Position numbers and translations under genes: made by a program. Below, in pieces: positions 38,098-50,261 of a DNA stretch of 64,000 bases (position 1 is the first letter of the stretch; every line of letters starts with the position of its first letter). The DNA is from Geosiphon pyriformis uo1 (taxonomy: Eukaryota > Fungi > Glomeromycota), in the NCBI GenBank assembly GCA_016748015.1, contig JAAOMT010000295.1, forward strand, positions 806,001 through 870,000, written 5' to 3'. The notes under the pieces were generated by a model. That model saw only the letters and a program-made list of their open reading frames with translations. It was not told where the DNA came from and made no database searches.

Positions 38098-38797
38098 TAT
38101 TATGGTTGAAACTTATATTTCTTATTAATTATTACATGTATTAGCCATTGATGTCATATAAATTAGCCACTCTATTTTTAGTAAGTGATTATTGACCTAA
38201 TCAATGACCTGATTATTGACCTGACCATTGACCTAATTATTGACCTAGTCATTGACCTGATTATTGACCACTTTTGACAACTATATAAGTAATGAATCTC
38301 TTAGCTGTAGAAAAACATGTTCAAAATAATTAAGAATAAATAAAATAACAACATTCATCTCAATCATTTTCTTATTGCTAATTTCCCTTTCCCTACTTTC
38401 AAGTATCTGAACATCTTAAAAATAAAAGATTACTTGTTGGTTATTTTCTACCCTTTTCCTGAAATGTGTAATTGTAGCAATTAAAGATTATTGAATAAAA
38501 TGTGACTAAAGAGCACATCTGATACTTGATATTGAATTCTAAGAGCATTGACATGAGGCATAAAATTATACCAAGTGTGATTATTTGTTGACAGTATGGA
38601 CTATTCCTCTACCTTTAAATTTCCCAGTTATCTTTGAAAAATATAGCGACTGAGATATTTTATGAAACTGATCTCGCACATTGAATCCATACTTATTCAA
38701 TTTACTTTTTGAAGTTGAATTCTCTTTGATTATTTCCATCACCCTACAATCCTGTTCTCTCTTGCTATCCATTAGCTTGTTACTCCAACCCATAACA
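38098..38797 (+). repeat. 3' LTR of B
   Basis: Matches 23416-24115; preceded by the PPT. Confidence 0.95.
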
Positions 38798-39189
38798 GTA
38801 AGGATAATATTTGGACTTGAAAGTAGTGTATGTCTTATAATTTTGATAAAATTAGAGACAATTTGAGGGTTTTCATCTTGAAAGATGTTACTGTGTATGA
38901 TTTCGATCTCTAATTTGTTCAATAAGACAATAGAATAATTATTAAGATTGTAGAATATAACTCAAAATTTTTTTATTCCTTTGGGAATATAAACGTTTGG
39001 GATTGAGATTTCATGCTTTAAACAGATTTGTTCATTGAATTCAAAAATTTGTTGAGTAGTGGTGGGTTTTAAACAAGTGTAAATTTCATGATGTTCTCCA
39101 AAAGGTGAAATGGTGATTGGTTGGGGAAGTTGAAGAATCTGGTGAGATTCATTTTGTGTATTGAGAGCTATGTTTACTGGAACTGTAAA

Positions 39190-39585
39190 TTGTTCAATTG
39201 AACCAAAACCTTGAGTTCTTCTTTCACTTTTTTCTAATTGTTCTCTGTTGTTTACTGATTGTAAATCCGAAATGTTGATTAAGGGTAAGTAAATTGCTTG
39301 GACAATTTTTTTAGCATGTTCAATTCAGAATGATTTGTCTGTTTCATTCTGTAACATGATAGTAATGTCTTCAGTATATCCTGTATCTATAACTCCTCCT
39401 CTAATGTTGATTCCTTTGCTTGCCAATGATGATTTGAATGCAATTTGAATCATTGCTCCAGGTGGAATTTCAAGAGCAATTTTGAGATTGATTTTTGTCA
39501 AGAATTTTGGTTAAAGAACCAAAGTGTCTTTGCCAAGATATCTGAGGTCATATCCTGCATCAATTTCGTGGGCTTTTTCTGGTTT
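39190..39585 (-). pseudogene. dut: dUTPase domain of D
   Basis: All five motifs are present: DAGYDL, KSSLASKGI, GGVIDTGYTEDI, KIVQAI, RTQGFGS. Confidence 0.92.
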
Positions 39586-40401
39586 TATTCCTTTTCTATT
39601 GTTGTCAAAGTATTTGAATTGTATAGCAGACTGATTTTCAGTAAGATAGATTGGTGTGGTTGTAATTTCTTTTTTTGTTTCTGTTTTTTCAAATTCAATT
39701 TCTTCCTGGTTATTTTTGTTGGGTAAGGGGATGCTAAGAGCATAGCATTCTGGACATCATTTGTCATCACAAGGCATGATGTATTTTTCACACAATTGAA
39801 TGTTCATTTGCTCTAATTATTGAATTTGAGCTTTTTGGGTTGGATAAGTGTGGCTTGTAATTTGGTGGTAGGTTTCTACTTTATCTTCATAATCAAATCC
39901 AGCTAATTCCATGGTATACTCAATATATTCAGCTTTTTTCATTTGGTGGACATCTTCTTGGGTGGCTCTATTGATTAATGCTATTGCTAAGTCAAAAATT
40001 ATTTCAGCATCATAAGAGTAGTGGTAAAGTTTGTTGAGAACACTGTTGTATGCTGCATCAAATAGTGTTTCTTTTCTGACTTTTTCTGAAATTGATAGAA
40101 CATATTGGCAGGTTTGGTCACATACTCCTTCTCTTATTATAACATCAATTCAGTTGTATTCTTCTGGTAGTATATCTTCACATGTGAGGCAAGATGTGTT
40201 GTCCCATTTTCTACTTTTTCTTGGGGATCCAAATCGTTTTCTATGGCATGTTTTGCAGAAGTAGCAAGTGCAAGTTTCATATTCCTTTTCTGGGGAAATA
40301 CAAGCTCCCATAGATGAAAGTTTTTTTTTGCAATCTTTGCATTTTAGTGGGATGTATGATGGTTCTTTTCGTGGTTTTGGTGTGGAATATCTAACTTTTT
40401 T

Positions 40402-41127
40402 TCATTCTCTTGATTTTTTAAAAATCTCTTGTTCTGTTTCTTTAGCCCAATTAAATGTTGATCCAAGAGCCATGTAGGTTTCAGTAAGTAACATTTCTTT
40501 CTTCTCTTCAAATTTAAATACTGGGGCTTTTTCTGATTGTTTATTGAAAGTTTTACAAGTAGTAGGTACTATAGTGTATTGTTTTTGGTATGAGATTTTT
40601 AGTTTCTGAGTTTCCCAGTCTAAGTTTGCATTGGCCTTAAGAAGCCAATTGTTTTCAACAAGAGCTTGATATTGGAGCACATCTATGATTAAAACTTTGA
40701 CTGGAATGGTGATTTCATTAATAGTGAATGAGAAATTATCAATTTCTCCTACTGGAGTTTTTTTCATATTATTTGCAGTGACAATTACAGTTTGGGCTGA
40801 TCTGTCAACAGTTTTTTGAAGCTGTTGCATTAACTGGTAAGTGATAATACTTCCAGCTGATCCACTGTCTAGAATTAATTGGATGGGTTTTTTTTTTACT
40901 GTAGCTTTAGTATACATGGCAGTAATAGCTTTTTGTTTATTAGCTGCTGCATTACTAAGCAAGAATGGTGATTCATTTGCTTCAAATTCGAATGGGAATA
41001 TATCTGAGAGGTTGGCATTTTGGGCAATTTGAGCTGGTGGGATGGTATTATTGGAAGAGTTTGATTTTGGTGCTGCAGCTTTATTTTCAGAAAGTGCAGT
41101 TTGTTGAAAATCTGATTCTTCAGGCAT
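40402..41127 (-). CDS. Aspartic protease region of D
   Basis: IQLILDSGSAGSII...ALVENNWL; in frame with gag. Confidence 0.9.
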   Translation of the reverse strand: MPEESDFQQTALSENKAAAPKSNSSNNTIPPAQIAQNANLSDIFPFEFEANESPFLLSNAAANKQKAITAMYTKATVKKKPIQLILDSGSAGSIITYQLMQQLQKTVDRSAQTVIVTANNMKKTPVGEIDNFSFTINEITIPVKVLIIDVLQYQALVENNWLLKANANLDWETQKLKISYQKQYTIVPTTCKTFNKQSEKAPVFKFEEKKEMLLTETYMALGSTFNWAKETEQEIFKKSRE

Positions 41128-42968
41128 TGTAAGATAACTGGGTTAAGTGTGATAGTAATTGGGTCTTTGCTGACCAGAATTTTGGGAAACCAACTGGTTA
41201 TTTGAGTTGATTCTGTTGTTGTTATTCTGAAATTGATTTTGGGGTGTAAATTGGTTATGTTAAACCAATTTTCTGGCTGGTACTTGATATTGTTGAGTAG
41301 ATAGTGTCTGATATTGCTGAATTGGTAAAAGTTGCTAATATTGTTGCTGCATTGGTTGTGAAGCTGGTTAATAGTAACTGTTTTAATTTTGTGGTCTTGG
41401 TGAATAATAAGTTGGTGGTGGAGGTTGGTAATAAAATTGTTGTAGTGAAGAGTAATATTGGTTACTTCTGTTTTGTTGGTCTCTCTGTAATTTCTTGCAA
41501 TCTCGTTTTCAGTGTCCTGAGATTCCACAATAATGACAATTTTGAGGTTGGTTGTTAGATAGTAATCCAAAGCTGTTTTGATTGTGGCTTTGTGAAAGTT
41601 GATATCTTTGTGGTTGTTGCTGTTATTGTTGTTGGTTTGCAAAGTAGCTTTCAACCTTCTTTGTGAGTTGGTCTATCTTCTCTTCAGCTGCTGAGCTGGT
41701 TTCTCCAATAGCTAAATTGACAAGTTTAGTGTGGTTTGCTTTTTCTATTACTATTTTGTAGTTTTTTGTATGTCTAATGACAGTTGTTAAGTCTGCTGGT
41801 GCATATGGACGAACTTTCTTGATTAATTTGTCTTTTAATCTTGCTATAAACTGATCCAAAATCTGGGCATTGGAATAGTATTTATTGGTTTCCAATTGTT
41901 GAATTCATCAAAGAAGTTTGTTGAATCTCCCAAGATAAGTCATGACAGTTTCAGATGTTTCTTGTTTGATATTGCAAAAGCAATTGCAGAGAGTGATAGA
42001 GGTGTTGTTGTCAGTGAATTGTTGTAAGAAAGCATCTTTGAATGCTTGCCAGTTTTCAAATGGTTCTTCTAAGTTTTCAAACCATTCTTTTGCAGTTTCT
42101 TGGAGAAAGTATGAGATTGCTTTAAGCATTTTTGCTGCATTCCAACCATTTGCATCTCCTGCTTTTTGGACTTTATCAAGCCATTTTTAAGAGCTGGTAT
42201 TATTATTTTTATCAGTAAATTCTGGAATTTTTGCAATGTAAGCAGTTGCCATTTCTTTTTCATTTTCTATAGTTTCTTCTTATTCTGATTCAGTTTCTTC
42301 ACTTTCTAAGTTCTCTGAATAATAACTTTCATTTTCTTGTAAGTAATCAATGATATTGGTGCTGGTGGATATTGGTTCCTACTGTTAAGTAGGATTTCTA
42401 AGTGACTAAAAATCTTCTGGTCTGGAGAAATGGGTAAGTAGTAAACTTGGTGTTTGTGGTTGAGCAAGTGAAATTGGAAATAGTATAATAGAAAATGGTA
42501 ATTTGACACTGGTTCTTGTTCAGGTGTTTGCAAGTGTTTAGCAGTGGTCTTTGGTAGTATTGGAGTGTTTGGGGTGGTTCTTGAGTATTGTTTCACTTTT
42601 TGTTTGCCTTTGTTGTTTGTTTATGTTTCTGATTTAAAGTCAAGAGAGTATTTGGACTGAACTGGGTATTTTTCTTTACAATACTCAATAATGTTAAAAT
42701 TAAGTTTTTGGAACTAGGTTGCAAGAGTTTCACTGTTCAGGTTTTCTGTTTCCAATTGTGAATAGTACACTAAATTATTGTAGAGGTTACTTCTAAGTTC
42801 TGAAATGTTGTAGTTTCTAAAAAGATAATTGTTAATGTGGTTTTTAATGTATTGATATACTGATTTTTTGACAACTTCAATTCCGTCTGGAATGTTGAAT
42901 CTTTGCTTGCAGTAGATGTAAATTGACTGATAATACTCTATAGTTGTTGTGTCTAGTGTGGTTGCCAC
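41128..42968 (-). pseudogene. gag: gag of D with long N-terminal extension and Q/N-rich C-terminus
   Basis: YFLQETAKEWF, KQETSETVMTY, knuckle CHYCGISGH*KRDC. Confidence 0.85.
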
Positions 42969-42993
42969 TTTGAATTTGTTGTTGCTGTGTTAT

Positions 42994-43011
42994 TTCTATG
43001 GAAGAGCACCA
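42994..43011 (-). promoter_or_regulatory. Primer-binding site of D (TGGTGCTCTTCC...)
   Basis: TGG lies 2 nt inside the 5' LTR boundary. Confidence 0.7.
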
Positions 43012-43013
43012 AA

Positions 43014-43983
43014 TATTATCAAAGGTTTTTGGTCTCTTTTTTTGAATGTTGTAAATGTTGATTTGCTGTGAATTCACGTTTCCAGGAAGTAGTTGGACCT
43101 CCAGTAACTGAATTTATCTTCAAATTATCTCCTATAATTTGAACTGCTAGGCTTATAAGTGGAATAGCCAATTCTATACCAGTTACTTTGTGTAGTTACA
43201 TTGTAGTAAACATCAACTTTTTCCCAGGAATTACTTGTCTAGAAGCTCACTAAAATGTGTAGTTATTTTGCTGTGAAAGTCAACTCTTCTACAGGAATCT
43301 TGTCTGTAGACTACCTTAATGATTATGATAAGAAAAGAAAAAAAAATATAAAAAATATAAAAGAAATAAAATTCTGTTAAGGGAAACGTTTTTTATCCAG
43401 GCCTGGAGTCACTAACAGTTTATTGAAATTGGTCGCTAATCAATTTCAAAATGTTAGTTGTGTTGAGAGAATTTCAAGTGTAATAATTTAAGAATTTGGT
43501 TTTCAAATATTTAATTTTTATTTAAATGTGTAAAAGGTGATTTGTTCTAATTAGGATATCTAAGGTAAGATACTATGTTAAAACACTATGAGAAGATACA
43601 TTTTCTTGAAGAGAAAAGCTCTTTTTTTATACAACTTGTTGTAGTACTAATCTTTAAACTTGCACTTTTCTCTTTGCTACAATTTGGGTGAACTAAAGAT
43701 ACATTTCGGTGAATTTACAAGTTATTTCACTGAACTATTGATTATTTCGGTGAATTTTCATTAATTTCGGCGAATTTTGACTATGTTAAATGGTTCAGGG
43801 TATTGTGTAATTTGATCATCTTAATTTCTAAAATACAAATCAGATTATTAATTGAGTAATAATATTTGATAATTTGATTAAATAATAAGTAATAATTGAA
43901 ATAATAATAATATATGCTAATTAATAATAGGAATTATAAGGGTGATTTCATGCTAATTAATAGCTAAAATTCTACTGGTAACA
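43014..43983 (-). repeat. 5' LTR of D
   Basis: Direct repeat of 18693-19664. Confidence 0.95.
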
Positions 43984-46270
43984 ACATTCACTATGTAAAA
44001 TAAAAATTTTGAATTTAATATAATGCCTTTTAGATTCTGTAATGCCTCTACTATCTTTTAATATCTTATAGATATCATAAAAAAATTTTTTGAAAATTAG
44101 TTATAATATATTTGAACAATACCAATGTATTTTTTAAAACATTCAATGATTATTTGCTTTATTTCTAACAAGTTTTTGATCATTTTTGGAGTGCTAAACT
44201 TAAACTCAATTCAGACAAATACTTTTTTGAGAAGACTGAACTAACATTTTTAGAACATGTAATAGACAAAAACAAAGTAAAGTCTGATTCAAACAAAGTT
44301 CAAAAAGTCAAGGATTTCCTGGCCTTAACCAATCTATAAAAACTAAGAAAATTTTTAGAACTGGCTGGATATTATTACAGATTTGTCAAAGATTTCTTAA
44401 ATATCACAAAACTATTTTATTATCTGCTATTAAAATATGTTTCATATTTATGGAAAAAAAAACAGCAAAAGATTTTTGACTATCTTAAGCAATTCTTAAT
44501 AAAAACAACAATATTAATTTATTTAGACTTTAATAAATGTTTTATTATTGCTACAGATGCTTTAAAAAATGCATTAAGAGCCATCCTATCTTAAGTTAAA
44601 CTAAATAATTAAGAACATCCAATTATCTATGCCAGTTGTAGTACTAGTCTAACAAAAAAATATATAGTATAACAGATTTGGAATGTCTTACCATTTACTA
44701 AGCAGTACAAAATTGAAAATACTACTTCTGCCAATCATTTAACTTATATACTAATTACAAAAAATTTATTTGGTTACTTAGCAAGCCATAACTAGAAAAA
44801 ATATATATATAATAGAGTATTTATTTACAACAATTTTCATATAAAGTTTATTATAAAAAAGAATTCAAAAACACTAATGTCAACAGTTTATTGAGAATAA
44901 TACAAATCTAATTTCAGATTCATAAATATAACTACTTACTAGTAATTACACCAGTATTTATTAACACTTTAGTTTAAAGAGAAATTATTTCAACAGAAAC
45001 AAAGTAGTATATAAAAACAAGCTTGTAATTACTTTATTCAGAACAACCAACTATATTATTGAAAATGCCAAAACCACACTACTCTATAATAAATTATAAA
45101 AAACAGTAAAAAAGAAACTGTTTTGTATAGCATGCACTCTGATCCAACTACAGAACACTTCAACAAAAATATTATTTTAGAAAAAATAATACTATTGGCC
45201 AATAATATATAAGAATATTTTTGAATATGTTATTAATTGTAATTTATGCTAATAAAAAAAAGAAGCCAGAACCATAAAACCACTTTGATCCGTTTTAATT
45301 GAAAATTTATTTGATAGAATTGGAATAAATTTGGTTGGTTTTTTTTAATTACATTTAAAAAAAATTGTTATATTATTGTAGCTGTAGACTACTTTATCAA
45401 ATAGCTTAAAGCCAGAGCTATTCTAATGGTTGATGCTAAAACAGTAGCCAAATTTGTGTATTAAGATCTGATTTGCCAACATAAATGCCCAAAAGAATTA
45501 TTATTTGACCAAGAAATTCATTTTGTTAATAGTATATTAAGCCAATAATTTGAAAAAAAGTGATTATTATTATTGCTATATTACTCACAAATAAATAGAC
45601 TAATAGAACAATTTAATTGAACATTATATAAAACATTAGCAAAAATAAATTACAAAAATACACAAAAATAGGACTTATTTATATTCTCTGTATTATTTGC
45701 ATATCAAACATTAAAGCAAAATACTACTTAGATCATATTATTCAAACTAATTTATGAAAAACAAGCTATTTTATTTATTAAACAAGAAATATCTTTTTTT
45801 CCAATAAAATTAATTACTAAAGAAAATTTTGAAGCCACTTTATATTAAAAAACATACTAATTGATAGAAATATTAGAAAACAATTATAGAACAGCAGTTA
45901 ATAATATTGGTAATACTCAGAAATGACAGAAAAAAAAACATAATTATTGTTTATCTAACCAACTAACTGAATTTAAGATTGAAAACAGAGTATTGTTATA
46001 TTATATTAAAGCTAAGAAACAGTAGAATAGAAAGTTTGACCCAAAATAAGACAAACTATTTTACATATACAAAGTTTTAAACAATAAAGTATACAAATTA
46101 TGATTAGAAAACAAAATTTTAAAGAAAGTAGTACATAGAAATTGACTAAAAATTTATTATATTTACCAAGAGTTATTATTATTTATATCTCAATTAAAAA
46201 CACAAATTTTATTAATCAAATTAGAAAATATATCACAAAATTTGAAACCAATTATTATTATTAAAACATA
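43984..46270 (+). pseudogene. pol: Remainder of RT, RNase H and integrase of C (very degraded)
   Basis: FLELAGYYYRFVKDF, ATDAL, HSDPTTEH, DRIGINLVG, VAVDY remnants. Confidence 0.8.
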
Positions 46271-48053
46271 ATCCACTGATAATAAATTAAAATCACAAAT
46301 TTAAATATATATAAAGACCAAAACAGCAAAAAAAAACATAATAAAACTCTTAACATAAGTTTTTTAGATCAAATTTTAAAACTTTTAAAACAATTATTTA
46401 AAGCAATTTAACAATCCACAATACCAATAAAAATTACAATTAATAAAAAAAAATATGATACAGAAATTTGCATAAAAAAAGGGTGAGTAAGAGTTTAACT
46501 AAAATTAAGTATTTTTATTCCTATAAATAATCAAAAAAAAGATATACATGGTTTTTAATACTAGAAAAAATTCAATAAGATTTATTTTAGAAGATCAAAC
46601 TATTTAATATAAGAAAATAAACACCAAAAAACACCAGAGAGTAGAAAAAAAAACTTCTACTAGTCTACTAATTCTTTAAGATTAGTGAACAATTAAGATT
46701 GAGAATATTATATAAAGACTTTAATAGACAAATCTTTAATAGAGAAGCTTTTAAACAAATAGAAAAATTTATAGAAAGAAGCAGTTTAACACTATATTAC
46801 AAAGCAACCTACCAATTATATGCAATCTTTAAATACTGTTTAGTTGTATTGCTAGATAATACACTAAAAACTATTATAGTCAACAGCATAAAATAAATAA
46901 CAAATACACAGTTTGAAAATTTACAAAAAACAATACTTGATACAATAATTGAATATTATACTGAAAAAATAATTTTTACAGATACATATAATTTTGCAAG
47001 AGCTCAATTTTAAAAAAAAGAGATAATGGTATCCAAGTAAAAAAAACAAATCCAAAAAATATTGAAAAAACGTGATTAGGAAACATAATAATATAGAAAA
47101 AATATGATAATACAAAATAATACAAAAAAATACATTATAACTCAAGATAACACAAGATAATATAATAACATAAAATAGCACAAAATAATTAGCTATAACA
47201 TAAAATAACTAGTTACAGTGTAAAAAAATAAAGCAATAACTAATAATAACAAACAATCAAAAAACAATCTTGTAAAACTAGAAATATATATAAAAATGAG
47301 TAATTTTAGCAGTAAAAAAAAGACAGATAAACAAAAATCAACTTTTTTTTACTTATATCTAATATATATTTTTTGATAAACTCTTACTTATATCTATACT
47401 CAAATTATTAAAATAAAGAAAATATTTAAAAACTGAAATTACTTATACATAATTTCTGAATTTATATATTTTAATTAAATTAAATTGTTGTTTCTTATTT
47501 TTGTTTCTGGCCAGATGTTCTTAGCATAAAAATGCTTCAGATTATTAATGACTTAGACTAATTGTTCTTAATTATGACACTTAACAATACTAATTTTTTT
47601 TTCAAGTTTTATTTTATTTTATTTTATTTTATTTTTTATTTTTTTTCTTTTTTTTTTATTCTTTTATAAAATAACAACATAGAAAAATTGACTGTTTGAG
47701 AATAGATTTTATAATAGTTTGGTAAAAAAGAGAAACTTTTCTTAAGATTGAATATTAATATTATTTTATTAGCTTATTAAAAGAGTAAAAAAACACTGTT
47801 AGATTTTAATAACTGTGCTTAATTAGCTTAAAGAAAATAGCTTATATATACAAGTTATAACACCATAAAACTATATTTCTGTGCCTTATAACCAAAAAAC
47901 TCTATGAGTAAATTCACATCTTTTAAGAGATTTTCAGAGATTAATAATACTGACATACTGTACAAGCCTACAAAAAAAAATTTTCAAGCTTACTTTAATC
48001 AAATTTAAAGCACTAAATATTATTGTTATATCTTACCAAGTTTATTTGTAATA

Positions 48054-50261
48054 CTATAATTAAAACAAAAAATAAAAAAACTGCAACTAATATCTTTTTT
48101 TTGGTATCTTATAAAGTTTCAACCAGAAAAGTTTTTTGTTGTCATAAAAGCAGCTAAACAAAACATTTTGAAAGCTTTTTCTTTAGTTAGTAATAACAAA
48201 AGCTGTTTTTAAAGACTACTGTATCATTTTTTTGGCTGATTTTTTGTTAGTCAAAGTTCTTTTAAAAAACATATTTGTATTAGTTTTAGTATTGTTTTTA
48301 CTTTTTTTAAGAATCTAAAAGTGTTTAATAATAGGCCAATCAACAAGTTGGTTTTTTTTACCATAATTTCTACATCTGATGTTATTAACACTACTTTTTT
48401 AAAAAAAATAATCAAAAAGACCAATAATTTAAAAAAATAGAACCAATTACTTATCTTTACTATTATTATACCAACCTTTTTTGTGGTCTCTAATAAAATT
48501 TTAAATAAGATTTCTGTTATATTATCTAATTTATTATCCAAATTAGACCAAGATTAATTACTGGCTGTGTTGTTAAATGTGGTGTTTTCTGACAAATTAT
48601 TGCTAATTTTAGAAGCAAAACAACAATTTTTTATTGGATTACCTATTCTTAAAAACTGGGCTAACCAAATAGAAATTAAAATATCTTTTTTGCTAGTTTT
48701 TGATACTATTGCTAATAGTGTTTAAATAACTATCTTTAGTTGTTAAAAATTTGTTAAATGAGTGGCTTTTACTCTAATGCTATCTTTAAGATTAAATTGG
48801 TTTATGTTAAAGCTGTTTTTTAATCTGTACATAATTTTTTAAATGTAAAATCAGTATTAAAAAACAATATAAAGCTTTTTTATATGAAATTTGCTTCTTA
48901 AAAATCTTAAAAAGCTGTATTTTTGGTTGAGTTTACAAGTTTTGTTCACTTAATTTCTTTTAAAATTGCCAAATTTTTGGTAGTTTCTGAATTTAGTTTT
49001 TTTTTGCTACTATTATACTATATAATATATCTTTAAGTATATTTGTTGTTAATATTAAAACAGCATTTAATATCTTTGGTAAAGTTGTATGTATTATGCT
49101 GAAGTTTATTAGTGTTTGACAGTATATTGCTATATATTTCAAAAAATTAGATACTGTTATATTTATTTTTGGTTATTAGTCTGTTTTTATGAACAAAAAT
49201 AGTGTTAAAATCCTGTTTTTGGTAAATTAAAATAAGACTATTTTGTTTTGAAACAGATTCAAAGCCAAGTTAGTTAACCTTTTTTCTGGTTGTATTGTTT
49301 TCAAAATCAGTAATATAATTTTTCAGATTAGTAATTAGTTTTGTTTTATTTTCTGTTTTTTTAATTCTGGTCATTATTTCTGGTTTGTGTTAGTTATATT
49401 CAGTTCTTAAATAAATTTAAATTTTGTAGTAATTAAAATTGGTACATTAAGAAAATGTTATATTTAATAAAAAACATTTGGTTATTAATGTTGCTTTAAA
49501 TATTAAGAAATAAATTATCTGATTGTAAATTATAAAGTTTCTTTATCTCTTCTTTTCAAAGTTTTTAAGGAGTTTATATTGTATTTTATGGATGCCAAAT
49601 TTTATGCCAAGACTGCCATGTCTTTATTTGTTTCTATTTCTGTAATTTTGGCTGTTTTAATTCTGTTTGTTGTTATTATTGGTAATCTTGCAGTTTTTTT
49701 TTGGCTGAGTTCTTTAAAGTTTAATTTGGTTAAATTGATTATATTAATTAGATCTATTATTAAATTTGTTGGTTTTTTAGTTATTGTTTTTAAACAATTT
49801 ATTAAGGGAGATTTTATTTTGAATAATATTTTTAGTCTTAAAATTAATAAAATTCTGGTGTATATAAGAGTCTTTAGCAAGACTGTTAATAAATTAAGAT
49901 GGAAAATGATTGTATTAAAAATTGAGTGTGACTATAATTATATTAATATATCTGGTTCTTATGTAAATTTGTTTGTTGTTGATAATAATATGTTTTTTAA
50001 TTTGCTGTTATTTTAAAAACATAAATCTGTTAACATTAAAACTAATGCTATTAAGACTACTATTTTGTTTAAAATTGTTTAAAAAATGTCTTTTTTGGAT
50101 AAATTTTCTTTTAAAATTTTAACATAATATAGTTTAAATTAATTTAAATAGCTAATTATATATAGAAAGCATATAAATTTTATTTAACATTAGAATACTT
50201 AATTTGTTTTTAATTTATAAATAATAATTGGGATTATACTTATTAAATATTTAAAAAAAAA
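48054..50261 (+). mobile_element. ORF1-only element, family B, copy 1 (very degraded)
   Basis: Collinear with 61770-64000. Ends in the shared 3' UTR and an A-tail at 50253-50261. Confidence 0.75.

Larger units (their letters stand above)
29768..38128 (+). pseudogene. Accessory ORF of B, split by E (29768-30275 + 37977-38128)
   Basis: ...SPQVLYT|LSTKNFNKLV rejoins across E. Confidence 0.75.
23416..38797 (+). mobile_element. Full-length Ty3/gypsy element B (interrupted by E)
   Basis: LTRs at 23416-24115 and 38098-38797, TSD GTAG/GTAA, PBS and PPT GGAGAGGA. Confidence 0.95.
18693..43983 (-). mobile_element. Full-length Ty3/gypsy element D with dUTPase (interrupted by B/E)
   Basis: Paired ~970-bp LTRs with TGTTACCAG...CTGGTAACA ends, a perfect TSD ACAT, PBS, PPT, and gag-PR-dUT-RT-RH plus IN. 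Confidence 0.95.
14787..48053 (+). mobile_element. Heavily degraded Ty3/gypsy element C (gag-PR-Cys-rich-dUTPase-RT-RH, IN, accessory ORF); host of D
   Basis: CCHC remnant at ~15403 and protease LILNSRSADSII. RT is split at 18692/43984 (KKM-T|FTM..FEFNIMPF). RH ends at 44911 and IN spans ~44922-46270. The 3' boundary is tentative (TGTAATA at 48047-48053). Confidence 0.75.

Noticed and set aside
38581-38922. ORF running antisense through the LTR (also 14570-14761)
   Set aside because: It is chimeric across an insertion junction, and I see no evidence of coding constraint.
38800-39190. Second degenerate dUTPase-like domain before RT
   Set aside because: It has only vague beta-rich character and no recognisable motifs.
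46921-47181. Hydrophobic ORF as a membrane protein
   Set aside because: It is an artefact of A-rich (ATAAC-like) low-complexity sequence on the opposite strand.
47400-48053. Precisely bounded 3' LTR of C, related to solo LTR F
   Set aside because: There is only patchy similarity to 9630-9946 and no partner LTR or TSD in the window, so it is used only as a tentative boundary.
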